A DNA stretch of 64,000 nt. Source: Alcaligenaceae bacterium. Its GTDB lineage: Bacteria > Pseudomonadota > Gammaproteobacteria > Burkholderiales > Burkholderiaceae_B. The translations under genes were made by a program, and so were the position numbers. The stretch lies in assembly GCA_044508625.1 (NCBI GenBank), contig JBIQHJ010000003.1:2104-66103 (forward strand). The letters run 5' to 3'. Below the pieces are notes generated by a model that worked only from the letters and a program-made list of their open reading frames with translations, did not search any database and had not been told where the DNA came from. Below are positions 40,955-50,415 of the stretch, one piece after another; positions within the stretch are counted from its first letter, which is position 1, and each line of letters begins with the position of its first letter.

Positions 40955-43198
40955 ATGAAAATCCGTCACATGATCGTCATCGGCCTGGGCCTCGGCCTGC
41001 CGGGCCTCTCGGCCGCCCAGCTCATGAAGCACGGCCCCAACCACATTCTGGGCGCGCCGCCCCCGGCGCGGGCTGTGGCGGCCGCAATCGCCCCCGAGGC
41101 GCCCTGGGATCCTTCCCCGGCGCCTTTTTTGCTGACCGGCGAACCCATCGCCGTCGACCGGGACCGCGTCGTCACTCGCGCGCTGATCATCGATTTCCCC
41201 ACCCCCTTCGGCGTCGGCGCCGGCCACACCTTGCGCATCGAAGGGGCCGTGGACAGCGCTCCCGCGGCCGCCGGCGGCCTCTACAAGCTCGGCGCCGGCC
41301 ATATGGTCCTGGCCGGCCGCAACACCTACCGCGGCAACTCCGCCCTGCTGCGGGGCAGCCTGTCCCTGCTGGACGACCACGCCCTGGGCGCGCCGTCCAA
41401 CGCCCTGGACGTCAACATCGGCACGCGCCTGGAATTCGCCGAGAGCGTATCGATCGGCCAAACCCTCACCTTCAAGCCTGTGGACCTGGCCGCCGAACTG
41501 CCGGCCCACTGGTGGGCGCCCGTCCCTCCGCCGGTCGAACCTCCGGCCGTCCAGTGGGCGGTCGAGCGCGGCGAGGCCACGCATTTCGGCGACCTGTTCG
41601 GCCATGCGTCCCTCGTCAAACAGGGCGCCGGTACCTTGCGCCTTGCCGGCTGGGGCGCCGCCTACACGGGCGATATGAGAGTGCGCGAAGGCGGATTGCG
41701 GATCGACGGCGTCTTTGGCGGGCGCGTGCTCGTCGAGCCGGGCGCCGTCCTCTCGGGCACCGGCCTGGCCGGCAGCATCGAGGCGCACGGCATCCTCGCT
41801 CCCGGCGCGGCGCAGCGGACCGGCACCCTCATGGCCGCGCACGAACTGCGCCTGATGCCGGGCTCCGCGACCCGCATCCGCATCGGCGCCGACGGCGAAG
41901 CCGACCGCCTCTGGTCGCTCGGCACCGCCTCCGTGGACGGCACCCTGCACGTCCAGGCCCGGGCCGGCGCCTGGGACGAGGAAAGCCACTGGACCATCGT
42001 CCAGGCCGATGGCGGCCTGGAGGCGGGCCGGTTCGCCTCGGCCTCCAGCGACCTCGCCTACTTCGACCCGGTCCTCGAGTACGGCTCCGACCGCATCGTG
42101 CTGGCCCTGCGGCGCAACGCCGCGAGGCTGGAAACCTGCGCCGAAAACGGCGCCGCGCACGCCGCGGCCCGCGCGATCGAGGGCGGCATCCCTGCGCTGG
42201 CCGAGCGCATCGTCCGCCAGGACTGCGAACGCGCTGCCGACCTGCTGGCGGCCTTTGCGCATTCGGGCGCCGCATCCTGGCGCGGCGCCATGCTGGAGGA
42301 CAGCCGCCACGTGCGCGAGGCTGCGCTGGACCATGCGGGCAGCGGCCGCGCCTGGATACGCCAGTGGATGGTCGTCGCCGAACGCGACCCGCGCACCGGC
42401 GCCGACGGCGCCATTCGCGGCGACGCCCGCGACGTCGCGGGCGTGCTCGCCGGCCTGGACCGCGCCGTCTCCCGCGGCTGGCACCTCGGCGTGTTCGCCG
42501 GCGTCCAGCACGTGGACTACGGCAGCCTTGGCCATGCCCGCGCCCCGGGCGGCCTGGCGGTGCGCGACGCCAGCCTGCACCTCGGCCTCGGCGCCGCCCA
42601 TCGCCTTGGCGGCGGCCGCCGGCTCAGCCTGGGCGCCGCGCATGCCTGGCACCGTGGCGCCGGCCGCCGCTGGACCATCGACGGCGACGGCTCCTTGCGC
42701 GCCACCCCGCACGCGCGCAGCCTGCAGGCCTGGGCGGAATGGCGCATCGACGAGGCGCCCGCCGGGCGCTGGACCTTCGCGCCCCTCGCACGCCTGGCCT
42801 GGGTGCGCCTGGACAGCCGCGACTATGTCGAAACCGGCGGCCCGGCCGCCCTGCACGTCCAGGGCGCCGTGGACCAGCGGCTCTTTGCTCATGCGGCGCT
42901 GCGGGCACACCGCGCCTGGCCCGTCCCGCACGGCCTCGCCGTGCTGCGAGCCGCCCTCGGCTGGGATGCCCTGACAGGCTCGCCGGACTTGCACAGCACC
43001 CAGTCGTTTCGGGATGACCCGGCCGCGCGGACCTTCGAGGCGGACGGCCAGCCCCTCGCGCGCCACGCCGTGCGCCTGGACCTGAGCGTCGACGCGCCCC
43101 TTGCGCCCGGAGTGCGCGCCGGCATCGGCTACACCGGCCAGTACCGCGCCGGCGGCAGGCAGCATGGGGTGCTGCTGAGTGTGGGGATGGCGCTGTAG
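40955..43198 (+). CDS. Autotransporter with passenger-associated beta-strand repeats
   Basis: AAGGAG RBS, short signal peptide, GGLYKLGAGHMVLAGRNTYRG and SLVKQGAGTLRLAG..YTG repeats, and a C-terminal barrel ending GIGYTGQY. Confidence 0.8.
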   Translation: MKIRHMIVIGLGLGLPGLSAAQLMKHGPNHILGAPPPARAVAAAIAPEAPWDPSPAPFLLTGEPIAVDRDRVVTRALIIDFPTPFGVGAGHTLRIEGAVDSAPAAAGGLYKLGAGHMVLAGRNTYRGNSALLRGSLSLLDDHALGAPSNALDVNIGTRLEFAESVSIGQTLTFKPVDLAAELPAHWWAPVPPPVEPPAVQWAVERGEATHFGDLFGHASLVKQGAGTLRLAGWGAAYTGDMRVREGGLRIDGVFGGRVLVEPGAVLSGTGLAGSIEAHGILAPGAAQRTGTLMAAHELRLMPGSATRIRIGADGEADRLWSLGTASVDGTLHVQARAGAWDEESHWTIVQADGGLEAGRFASASSDLAYFDPVLEYGSDRIVLALRRNAARLETCAENGAAHAAARAIEGGIPALAERIVRQDCERAADLLAAFAHSGAASWRGAMLEDSRHVREAALDHAGSGRAWIRQWMVVAERDPRTGADGAIRGDARDVAGVLAGLDRAVSRGWHLGVFAGVQHVDYGSLGHARAPGGLAVRDASLHLGLGAAHRLGGGRRLSLGAAHAWHRGAGRRWTIDGDGSLRATPHARSLQAWAEWRIDEAPAGRWTFAPLARLAWVRLDSRDYVETGGPAALHVQGAVDQRLFAHAALRAHRAWPVPHGLAVLRAALGWDALTGSPDLHSTQSFRDDPAARTFEADGQPLARHAVRLDLSVDAPLAPGVRAGIGYTGQYRAGGRQHGVLLSVGMAL

Positions 43199-43215
43199 CT
43201 TTCGCCGGGGTCTTT

Positions 43216-43590
43216 TCAGCCTCTGGTCGTCGGCTGGATCAGGCTTTCCGCCGGAATGCCGAGCTTTTCGTGCAGTTTGCGGATCATGGGCAGGGTCAGT
43301 GCGCGCTTGCGATTCAAGACCTCATAGACGCGGTTGCGCCGTCCGATCATGGGTTCGAGATCCTTGGCACTGAGGCCTCCTTGCTCCATCCTGTATTTGA
43401 TTGCTTCGATCGGATCCGGCAGGCCGATGGGATGGTGCTTCGCCTCGTAGGCCTGAACCAAGGTCGAAAGAACGTCCAGGCGATCACCATCCGAGGACCC
43501 CGGCAACGGATCCTGGTCCACGAGGCGGGAAATTTCCTGCAGTGCAGCCTCGTAGTCAGCCTCGCTGCGGATGGGACGGATTTCCATCAT
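43216..43590 (-). CDS. higA: HigA-type HTH antitoxin (intact)
   Basis: IRPIRSEADYEAAL, RLDVLSTLVQAYE, PDPIEAIKYRMEQ and VYEVLNRKRALTLPMIRKLH. Confidence 0.88.
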   Translation of the reverse strand: MMEIRPIRSEADYEAALQEISRLVDQDPLPGSSDGDRLDVLSTLVQAYEAKHHPIGLPDPIEAIKYRMEQGGLSAKDLEPMIGRRNRVYEVLNRKRALTLPMIRKLHEKLGIPAESLIQPTTRG

Positions 43591-43592
43591 GG

Positions 43593-43695
43593 CTACTCCA
43601 TTTCAACCGTGAGTGCGTCGATTCGGTCATATTCGGCATGGGTGCCGATGAATTTCACCCAGAATTGGTGTAGTACGGGCGGCGATGAGTCGCAT
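43593..43695 (-). pseudogene. higB: HigB toxin remnant (internal deletion and frameshift)
   Basis: N-terminal MRLIAART is joined out of frame to C-terminal FWVKFIGTHAEYDRIDALTVEME*. Only 103 nt, directly upstream of higA. Confidence 0.8.
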
Positions 43696-43772
43696 GGCCA
43701 TGCTAGTCCCATGTTGGGACTATTGCAATAAAGGGAGGGCTTAGAACTTTATGGCTTGAGATGGGTGGTTCA

Positions 43773-43929
43773 ATGGACTATAGTGGGCCGATACGCTTTC
43801 AGTGGGATCGGCTCGCGCCTGTTCATCGTGACTTATGTCCCGAGGCATGAGGCCATACGTATCATCTCGGCGCGCAAGGCCAATCAGCGAGAGGTCGCAT
43901 ATTATGAAAACAGTACATATGACCGTTGA
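43773..43929 (+). pseudogene. BrnT-like toxin remnant (internal deletion and frameshift)
   Basis: MDYSGPIRFQWD is joined out of frame to GSRLFIVTYVPRHEAIRIISARKANQREVAYYE. Only 157 nt. Confidence 0.78.
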
Positions 43930-44284
43930 TCCCGCCGATCCAGCGTTTTCGACGATCGGGCGCGTGGACGAGGCACGCCTGGATGCCACAACGGAAGATG
44001 ACATCGCTCGCCAGGCTGCCCTCGACGACGCTGCCGCCATACGAGATGCGGCCAGATACGCGCGGCGCGTGCGTCAGCGCCTGGGCTTGAGCCAGGCAGA
44101 GTTCTCGCAGCGGATCGATGTTTCTCTGCAGACCATCCGAAACTGGGAGCAAGGCAAGCGCCGCCCGACCGGCGCGGCAAAGGCATTGCTGAAGGTGCTG
44201 GACAAAGCCCCTGAAGCTGCCTTGGACGCCTTGCGAGGCAGCCAGGACGAGCCTGCGCAACATAGTGGAACTGGCCGCTCTTGA
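43904..44284 (+). CDS. XRE/HTH_3 antitoxin-like regulator (intact)
   Basis: RQRLGLSQAEFSQRIDVSLQTIRNWEQGKRRPTGAAKALL. Start overlaps the toxin remnant. Confidence 0.85.
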   Translation: MKTVHMTVDPADPAFSTIGRVDEARLDATTEDDIARQAALDDAAAIRDAARYARRVRQRLGLSQAEFSQRIDVSLQTIRNWEQGKRRPTGAAKALLKVLDKAPEAALDALRGSQDEPAQHSGTGRS

Positions 44285-44296
44285 GGGGTCCGGGGT

Positions 44297-44365
44297 CGCC
44301 GGGCGTCGCTTTTCGTAGTCGCCGGCCATGGCAATCGTGACGAGGTCGCCGCGTCTCAGGTCCAT
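44297..44365 (-). pseudogene. MazF/PemK toxin N-terminal remnant
   Basis: MDLRRGDLVTIAMAGDYEKRRPA matches the RRGDxVxxxxxGDxxKxRPA start of PemK/MazF. Similarity is lost afterwards. Confidence 0.72.
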
Positions 44366-44548
44366 TCATCACGGAAAGGATCGAGATCCTCGTCGAGCTC
44401 TTGCATGACGCCGTGCCTCGAGTTCAAAAGACGATCGGCGAGCTTGCCGGATCCGATCGCGGGCCAGCTCACGTAGAAACTCACCGAGCGATTTCCCCTC
44501 CCGTTCGGCAAGGTCGCTGAGCGCGGCCTTGAGGGCGGGGTCTAGCCC
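44356..44548 (-). pseudogene. Ribbon-helix-helix antitoxin remnant upstream of the mazF remnant
   Basis: LDPALKAALSDLAEREGKSLGEFLRELAR..EARRH, then a frameshift to VMQELDEDLDPFRDEWT*. No intact start found. Confidence 0.55.
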
Positions 44549-44602
44549 CGAAAGAAGACCCAGCGCACTGACGATCGTTTACAAGAAGAAAGCCTCACAC
44601 GC

Positions 44603-44632
44603 TAGGCAAGCCCCGATCCGCTGTTGTACTAT
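44603..44632 (+). promoter_or_regulatory. Candidate sigma70 promoter of the polysaccharide operon
   Basis: TAGGCA (44603-44608) and TACTAT (44627-44632) with an 18-bp spacer, upstream of ops. Confidence 0.4.
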
Positions 44633-44685
44633 CGCGTTCACGCATTGAACATGCGCGATCGCGCTTGCTGACCGTGTCACAGCAC

Positions 44686-44697
44686 GGCGGTAGCGTG
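44686..44697 (+). promoter_or_regulatory. ops element (RfaH loading site, JUMPstart-like)
   Basis: GGCGGTAGCGTG, an exact match to the ops consensus, 21 nt before the first ORF of the polysaccharide cluster. Confidence 0.92.
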
Positions 44698-44718
44698 TTC
44701 GCTGGACTCATCCGCGTC

Positions 44719-45084
44719 ATGCCTTCCGATAGCTCTCTCTACGACGAAAACCACCTCAAGGTCCTGCGTCTGCTGGAATCCGATCCCAGCCTCAGCCAGC
44801 GCGAGCTGTCCGAGGCCCTGGGCGTGAGCCTGGGCAAGACCAACTACTGCATCCGCGCCCTGCTGGACAAGGGGCTGATCAAGATGCAGAACTTCCGCAA
44901 CAGCCAGAACAAGCTCGCCTACGCCTACCTGCTGACGCCCGCGGGGATCGCCGCCAAGGCCGAGCTCACGGCCAGTTTTCTGAGGATCAAGTTGCGTGAA
45001 TACGAGGCCCTGCGGCGCGAGATCGAGAAATTACGGCGTGAGATAAGAGAGATATCACGAGATAGGACATTAAATAATGAGTAG
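44719..45084 (+). CDS. MarR-family EPS-associated transcriptional regulator
   Basis: LSQRELSEALGVSLGKTNYCIRALLDKGLIKMQNFRNSQNKLAYAYLLTPAGI. Confidence 0.9.
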   Translation: MPSDSSLYDENHLKVLRLLESDPSLSQRELSEALGVSLGKTNYCIRALLDKGLIKMQNFRNSQNKLAYAYLLTPAGIAAKAELTASFLRIKLREYEALRREIEKLRREIREISRDRTLNNE

Positions 45085-45221
45085 AAAGAGTGAGGTCCTC
45101 CGGATTGTGGTTTCTAAAAACACCTACTAGGGAACCACTATAGCGGGTTAGGCTTATATTGCCTGACTGAAATAAAACCAAACCAATAATCATTGAAATA
45201 TGGAAGGGTATTGGAATATAA

Positions 45222-46202
45222 ATGAAGTTTATAAAAATAAGCAGATTGTCCAATAAAAAAGGAATTTCGGATAATGTATTATATGCATTTATTTTTGTTT
45301 ATGGCGCGGCTGGGTTGTCGTTTTTGGCAACCTTATTAAGAGACTATTTCATAATCAGCCATGCAAACAACGCTTCTCAATTTTTCCAGTTGTTCTATGT
45401 CGCGTCGATGTCTGCTGGCTTTGCCGTGAATGCCTTAACCCTAGGAAAGCGCTTGCCGGTCAGCTATATCGCAATTTTAGCGGTTGTGTCTATTTGCATA
45501 TGTTTAATCCTGGTGCCCAAAGATCAGTATAATCTATCCTCAATTTCATGGGTTATCCTTATACAGTTTTTGTGGATAATAGGGGCGTTTTGGGCCCGCA
45601 TTGCGATAGAGAGGAACTTTTTCTTTCTCGGGCGAAGTAGGGAGACTGTAACCTCATTAGCCACAGTGCCTTTCATTGTAGCTGGCTTTACCACGCAGTC
45701 TTCATTCATATACGCGGTCATTATTGGGACCCTATTTTCACTCGTGGTATATAGGATGGCAATCAAATTAGGGCCCGAAAGCGAACATAATAAAAATAAT
45801 TCGGATTCAGAATCATCAGGAAGGGCAGACGGATATGTCAGGTTCATCGAAAATATTGCCTTATCGAATGTTGCGAGTTTCATAATAACTTGGTGGGCAT
45901 TGAAGAATACGGAGGCGAGTAGCACGGTATTTGGCATAGAATCCACGGTTGCGATTAGAGTCAGCTTATACGTATACCAGACCATAACAATAGGTGCGAT
46001 TGTGTTTGCGGTCAGAAGATATAAAAGCATAGGGACAGTGGCTAGCCGAAACATTGGAGCAGTTGCATTGGCTAGTGTTTTAGGAGGGGTTTTTCTTCCT
46101 CTAGAGGTATCAGTAGTCATTCTTCCTCTTGCTGCCGGCGTCGCTCATTACTCTCTTGTTATCTACCTTCAAAGGAATAGAGATCGCGGAGGCTATTTGT
46201 GA
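45222..46202 (+). CDS. Polytopic membrane protein, putative Wzx/MOP-type flippase
   Basis: Alternating hydrophobic segments and first position in the glycan cluster. LLRDYFI is faintly MurJ-like. Short (326 aa) for the family. Confidence 0.45.
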   Translation: MKFIKISRLSNKKGISDNVLYAFIFVYGAAGLSFLATLLRDYFIISHANNASQFFQLFYVASMSAGFAVNALTLGKRLPVSYIAILAVVSICICLILVPKDQYNLSSISWVILIQFLWIIGAFWARIAIERNFFFLGRSRETVTSLATVPFIVAGFTTQSSFIYAVIIGTLFSLVVYRMAIKLGPESEHNKNNSDSESSGRADGYVRFIENIALSNVASFIITWWALKNTEASSTVFGIESTVAIRVSLYVYQTITIGAIVFAVRRYKSIGTVASRNIGAVALASVLGGVFLPLEVSVVILPLAAGVAHYSLVIYLQRNRDRGGYL

Positions 46203-47644
46203 GAGAAAAAGAAAACCAAAAGGATATGAATTTAATTTCCTTTGCGGCTATTTTTTCGTACATTTCGCTCTTCGCCGGGCAATTAACTACGGGAAGGTTA
46301 TCTACAATCGCACACTGGGTGCCATCCTTAGAGATAAGAATACTGGCGCTGATGATTGTTGGCTTTATTATTCTGTACGTCTGGGCTCGTATGGGAAATA
46401 AGTACAATAATTTTGGTAATGGCTTTGCGAAGGGTAGCTTAAAGATTCTTTCTATAATAATAATCAGCCAAGTAATTATTATACTTTTAGAGTTGGTCTC
46501 TCGAAAAGGGGAGGGCGACTATAGAATGATAAAGGAGATTATGGTCTCCATTATCCAAATGTCAGCCGTAACGATTCTAATATGTATGTGGGGAAAGGAT
46601 TATGTGCTTGCCCTCCTAAGGGTCGCTCTCGGGGCGGGTATTGTTACGAGCTTTTGGTTCTTTTTCCTGTATCGAGGCCCCGAATCTGGCCCGATAATGA
46701 GCGTCTTTACAGTTTATCGGATTGCTCTGTTTGCGGGATTCTCTGGATTATATATATTCTTCGAAGAAAGATATAATAAGAAGCAACTATTAATTCTAGG
46801 GTCGGCAGTACTCTGCTTTTCGTCCTCATTTTCAACCTTATCAAAGGCGGCATTACTTGGCGGAGTTTTCTCTATAGCGATGATGATAGCCGTATACTAT
46901 CTATGGATAGATAAAAAAAGAGCATTAACTACTCTCCTGGTGCTAATTTCCGCGGTAGCGATATTTTGGATAGGTCGTGGCCAAACGTTTGAAGCGCGCG
47001 TTGCGGAAGGGGTATTTGGTGTAGGTTATGATCCACTTAGTACGATGGAGGCTGTTGAGCCGCCTCCTAAGGGAGAGCATGAGACCGACAAAGATATGTT
47101 AGAGAGGGAGATTGCTTTTGATGCCCAAAAAAGTCTCGCCAAGCAAATCGCGTGTTCTTTTACTCGGACTCCATGTGATCCCAGCCCTACGTATACCGAA
47201 GAGGTTTTTACCAAGCTCTTATTTAGAAATTATATCGTATTGCCGGATTATTCTGTCAGACTTAGGCTTGCTTATCGAGCTTTAGAGGGTTTTTCAAACC
47301 ACCCATATGTAGGTAATGGATTTGGTAAGTACAAATTAACCGCAATTAATTTATATACTAATTTACCAGAAGTGTATCACTACCCACATAATTTCATCTT
47401 GGAGCTCCTGTATTCAGTCGGGGTGCTTGGAACCGCACCTATAATGATTGTGTTGTTGATTTGTATCGGGCTCGTTATAAGGAAACCGCGAGGGCTTCAC
47501 GCTGCTGCACCGATAGTGGGCGCTGCGGCCGCAGGAATAGTCGGGGCGTTATTCGGTGGAGATTACTCAGATTTTAGGATTGTATGGATATATCTTATTC
47601 TCGCTTACGCCGTATATTTGATGAATCAAGCTAACGTCGAGTAA
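46199..47644 (+). CDS. O-antigen ligase/polymerase (Wzy_C) family membrane protein
   Basis: Multi-TM protein with TLSKAALL, RLRLAYRAL..HPYVGNGFG and YPHNFILELLYSVGVLG. GTG start. Confidence 0.75.
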   Translation: MREKENQKDMNLISFAAIFSYISLFAGQLTTGRLSTIAHWVPSLEIRILALMIVGFIILYVWARMGNKYNNFGNGFAKGSLKILSIIIISQVIIILLELVSRKGEGDYRMIKEIMVSIIQMSAVTILICMWGKDYVLALLRVALGAGIVTSFWFFFLYRGPESGPIMSVFTVYRIALFAGFSGLYIFFEERYNKKQLLILGSAVLCFSSSFSTLSKAALLGGVFSIAMMIAVYYLWIDKKRALTTLLVLISAVAIFWIGRGQTFEARVAEGVFGVGYDPLSTMEAVEPPPKGEHETDKDMLEREIAFDAQKSLAKQIACSFTRTPCDPSPTYTEEVFTKLLFRNYIVLPDYSVRLRLAYRALEGFSNHPYVGNGFGKYKLTAINLYTNLPEVYHYPHNFILELLYSVGVLGTAPIMIVLLICIGLVIRKPRGLHAAAPIVGAAAAGIVGALFGGDYSDFRIVWIYLILAYAVYLMNQANVE

Positions 47645-47711
47645 GTCAAAAATTAGGTAAACATGAATAGAATTACAGTTTTTATGTCAATCAAAAACAA
47701 TATATAATGAG

Positions 47712-49034
47712 ATGAGAATAGAAAATAAGGTCCCTGGATTTGAGTATGCTCCTACATTGGGGTGGCTAATATTTATAGTGTGTCCAGCTATTTATCAGTA
47801 TGGCTATCTTGATCCGGGATTTCGCGCGGAGTATATGCTAATAATAATAATCATATGTATCGGATTCCTCGTGGCTGATTGGTATTCTCTCAGGGTAATT
47901 AAATCAAATCAAGGGAGTAAGTATGTGGATAGTATATCAAGATATTCGATGTACTCAATAGTCGCCATATCTGTCTTGGTGATGCTTTTTAACTTATATC
48001 AAATTAGAGATCTGCCGTTGCTTTCGTTGTTCACAGATAAGAATGTTGATCTATCGGATCAGAGGTATCTGGCAACGAAGGGACTAGAGGTTCCTGTAGT
48101 CATAAAATATCTATACAATTGGAGTTTGGTTGTTTTTGCTCCATTGGCTATCGTGCTAGGCGTTCGTTCTCAAAGAGCCTGGCTGAGCATCGCGCTTATA
48201 GTATTCTCTGGTTTTTATGCGGTGGCGACGAGCGCTAAGTTTCCGTTAGCTCAATTACTCGTTTTGGTAATTGCGGGATTGATTTCTACAGCGACCGTTC
48301 AAGATAGAACAAGATGGTATAGGACGTTCATCTATGTGGGGGTGCTATCAATTTTTTCGTTATTTATTGCTTCCCAGTCGTTCAGATCAAATCTGGTTGA
48401 AAATGATGAAATTATCCGAGAAGGCAGATTGGGATTATTGCAAAGGTTTTCTTCGGACGACCCTCGTTCAACATTGACTCTTGGTGATATGCAGAGATTG
48501 ATCCCAGAAAGCAAGAACTCTCTGGGTTTCATCGAGAAAACAGAAAAAATTATTAATTATTTGTTCTATCGATCGTTCTTGACTCCCGTGGATGTTTCTA
48601 TTCGGTGGTATGAGTATTATAAGACACAGGCGGCGCCGGAAGGTCTGATGAGTATATTTCTTTCTCGTGGCGGGTCGGCCGATTCCCCGAGCCGCATTGT
48701 TGGGTTATGGGCATATCGAGATAGGTTTCCAGATCACTATAAGGCGTATATTAACGCATACGCCTCTTTTGATGCCGACGCGTATGCCAGATATGGGTTA
48801 GTTGGGGTTTTTCTTGCAACATTATTATTGCTCGCAATAAGATTGATTGGAGCAATCTGCTTCAGGTGTACACTCTTTAGTAGGTCATTGTATGGCTTGC
48901 TAGTTGGTGGATTGTTTTTGCTTCCCGCGTCTGCTTCCATTCAGGCAATGTTAGGTGCTCAGGGCCTTATGGTGGTGATTGTACTAATGATGATCAATTT
49001 GGCTTTTTCAGTCTTAAGAATACGGAAGACGTAA
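47712..49034 (+). CDS. Putative Wzy repeat-unit polymerase
   Basis: AT-rich multi-TM protein with SAKFP and YRSFLTP..RWYEYY loop motifs, inside the glycan cluster. Confidence 0.6.
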   Translation: MRIENKVPGFEYAPTLGWLIFIVCPAIYQYGYLDPGFRAEYMLIIIIICIGFLVADWYSLRVIKSNQGSKYVDSISRYSMYSIVAISVLVMLFNLYQIRDLPLLSLFTDKNVDLSDQRYLATKGLEVPVVIKYLYNWSLVVFAPLAIVLGVRSQRAWLSIALIVFSGFYAVATSAKFPLAQLLVLVIAGLISTATVQDRTRWYRTFIYVGVLSIFSLFIASQSFRSNLVENDEIIREGRLGLLQRFSSDDPRSTLTLGDMQRLIPESKNSLGFIEKTEKIINYLFYRSFLTPVDVSIRWYEYYKTQAAPEGLMSIFLSRGGSADSPSRIVGLWAYRDRFPDHYKAYINAYASFDADAYARYGLVGVFLATLLLLAIRLIGAICFRCTLFSRSLYGLLVGGLFLLPASASIQAMLGAQGLMVVIVLMMINLAFSVLRIRKT

Positions 49035-49143
49035 ATGGTTTCCTATATTATGTCTAGCCGAGAAGTTATATAATTTAGCTGCTTCCTCAATGAGATGCCG
49101 CTCCTGATTGCCCAGGAATGCGTAGTTAAAATTTGATAAGACA

Positions 49144-50415
49144 ATGAAGAAAATATGGATTTTTCAGACCGGGGAACCACTTCATATTGATGGAGAGGGA
49201 TCTCGAGGTATGCGATGTATGAACTTGGCGAATAAGTTGGTCCAAGATGGGCACAAGGTTACCATATGGAGTTCTGATTTTTACCATCAGGAGAAGCGTC
49301 ATCGGCGGGGAGAATATACCGAGATAGTAACCTCTGATAATTTAGAGATCCGCCTTGTCCCCAGTATGGGCTATTCCAGAAATATCGGCATTAAGCGACT
49401 TGTGGACCATGCGCAATTAGCCTTTAATCTGAGGAAGGCGCTGTTAAACGCCTCAGATGTGCCCGATGTCGCATTCATAGGGTATCCACCAATCGAATTT
49501 GCTTGGTATGCTATAAAATTTCTAAGGCAGAGAGGCGTTCCAACACTTCTGGATATCAAGGACAATTGGCCTGAGTTCTTTGTTACCCCATTTCCTCAAC
49601 GTGTGAAGTGGTTGGCTAGGTTGGCGCTTTTCCCATATTTTATCTTGGGTAAAGACGTTATGCGAAGTGCAGATGGAATTTGTTCGATGACGCCCAGTTT
49701 CTTAAATTGGGCAAGATCTTTCTCGGGGCGGAATCCTGATTCTCTTGACGGGGTATTTCCGCTATCTCCACCAGAGCCTCTCGACTCTCCCTCGGATATT
49801 GAAAATGCAAGGCTGTGGTGGTCAGAAAAGGGTGTTCAGCCCAACGCGACGACCAAGTTTTTATTTGTGGGTAGCTTTTCTAAGGCATTTGACTTTGACA
49901 CTATCGCGCAAGCGGCTGATCGTTCTGCAAGGAAGGGCCACGACTGGCAGTTTATACTCTGCGGAGATGGCGGAGACGCTGAAAGCATTCGTCGATTATT
50001 TTATGGTATGAGTAATGTTGTCATGCCGGGGTGGGTCAATAGAGCACAAATTGATGCGGTTGCTCAGTTGGCAGTTGGAGGATTGGCGCCGTATAAGAAT
50101 ACGGATAATTTTATAAACAACATGCCAAACAAGGTGGTTGATTACCTCTCCTTGTCTTTGCCGATTATTACGCCTCTAAGGGGAGAGGTCTCATCGATGA
50201 TTTCGTCGAACTCGTCGGGTCTTTTATATAGGGAAGGAGATGTAGGAGATCTGTACGATAAATTATATTGGCTAGCAACAGATCAGTCCGCACAAGCCAT
50301 GATGGCAACTAATGCTCGCAAGGCCTATGATTCATTATTTCAGCATGATAAGGTCTATGGTGATCTAGTGGCACACCTCGTACGCATGGCGGATGGCGGC
50401 CATGGGCAACACTAA
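49144..50415 (+). CDS. Glycosyltransferase family 4
   Basis: IFQTGEPL, GHKVTIWSSDF, IKDNWPE, FVGSF and MPNKVVDYLSLSLPII (GT-B). Confidence 0.88.
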   Translation: MKKIWIFQTGEPLHIDGEGSRGMRCMNLANKLVQDGHKVTIWSSDFYHQEKRHRRGEYTEIVTSDNLEIRLVPSMGYSRNIGIKRLVDHAQLAFNLRKALLNASDVPDVAFIGYPPIEFAWYAIKFLRQRGVPTLLDIKDNWPEFFVTPFPQRVKWLARLALFPYFILGKDVMRSADGICSMTPSFLNWARSFSGRNPDSLDGVFPLSPPEPLDSPSDIENARLWWSEKGVQPNATTKFLFVGSFSKAFDFDTIAQAADRSARKGHDWQFILCGDGGDAESIRRLFYGMSNVVMPGWVNRAQIDAVAQLAVGGLAPYKNTDNFINNMPNKVVDYLSLSLPIITPLRGEVSSMISSNSSGLLYREGDVGDLYDKLYWLATDQSAQAMMATNARKAYDSLFQHDKVYGDLVAHLVRMADGGHGQH

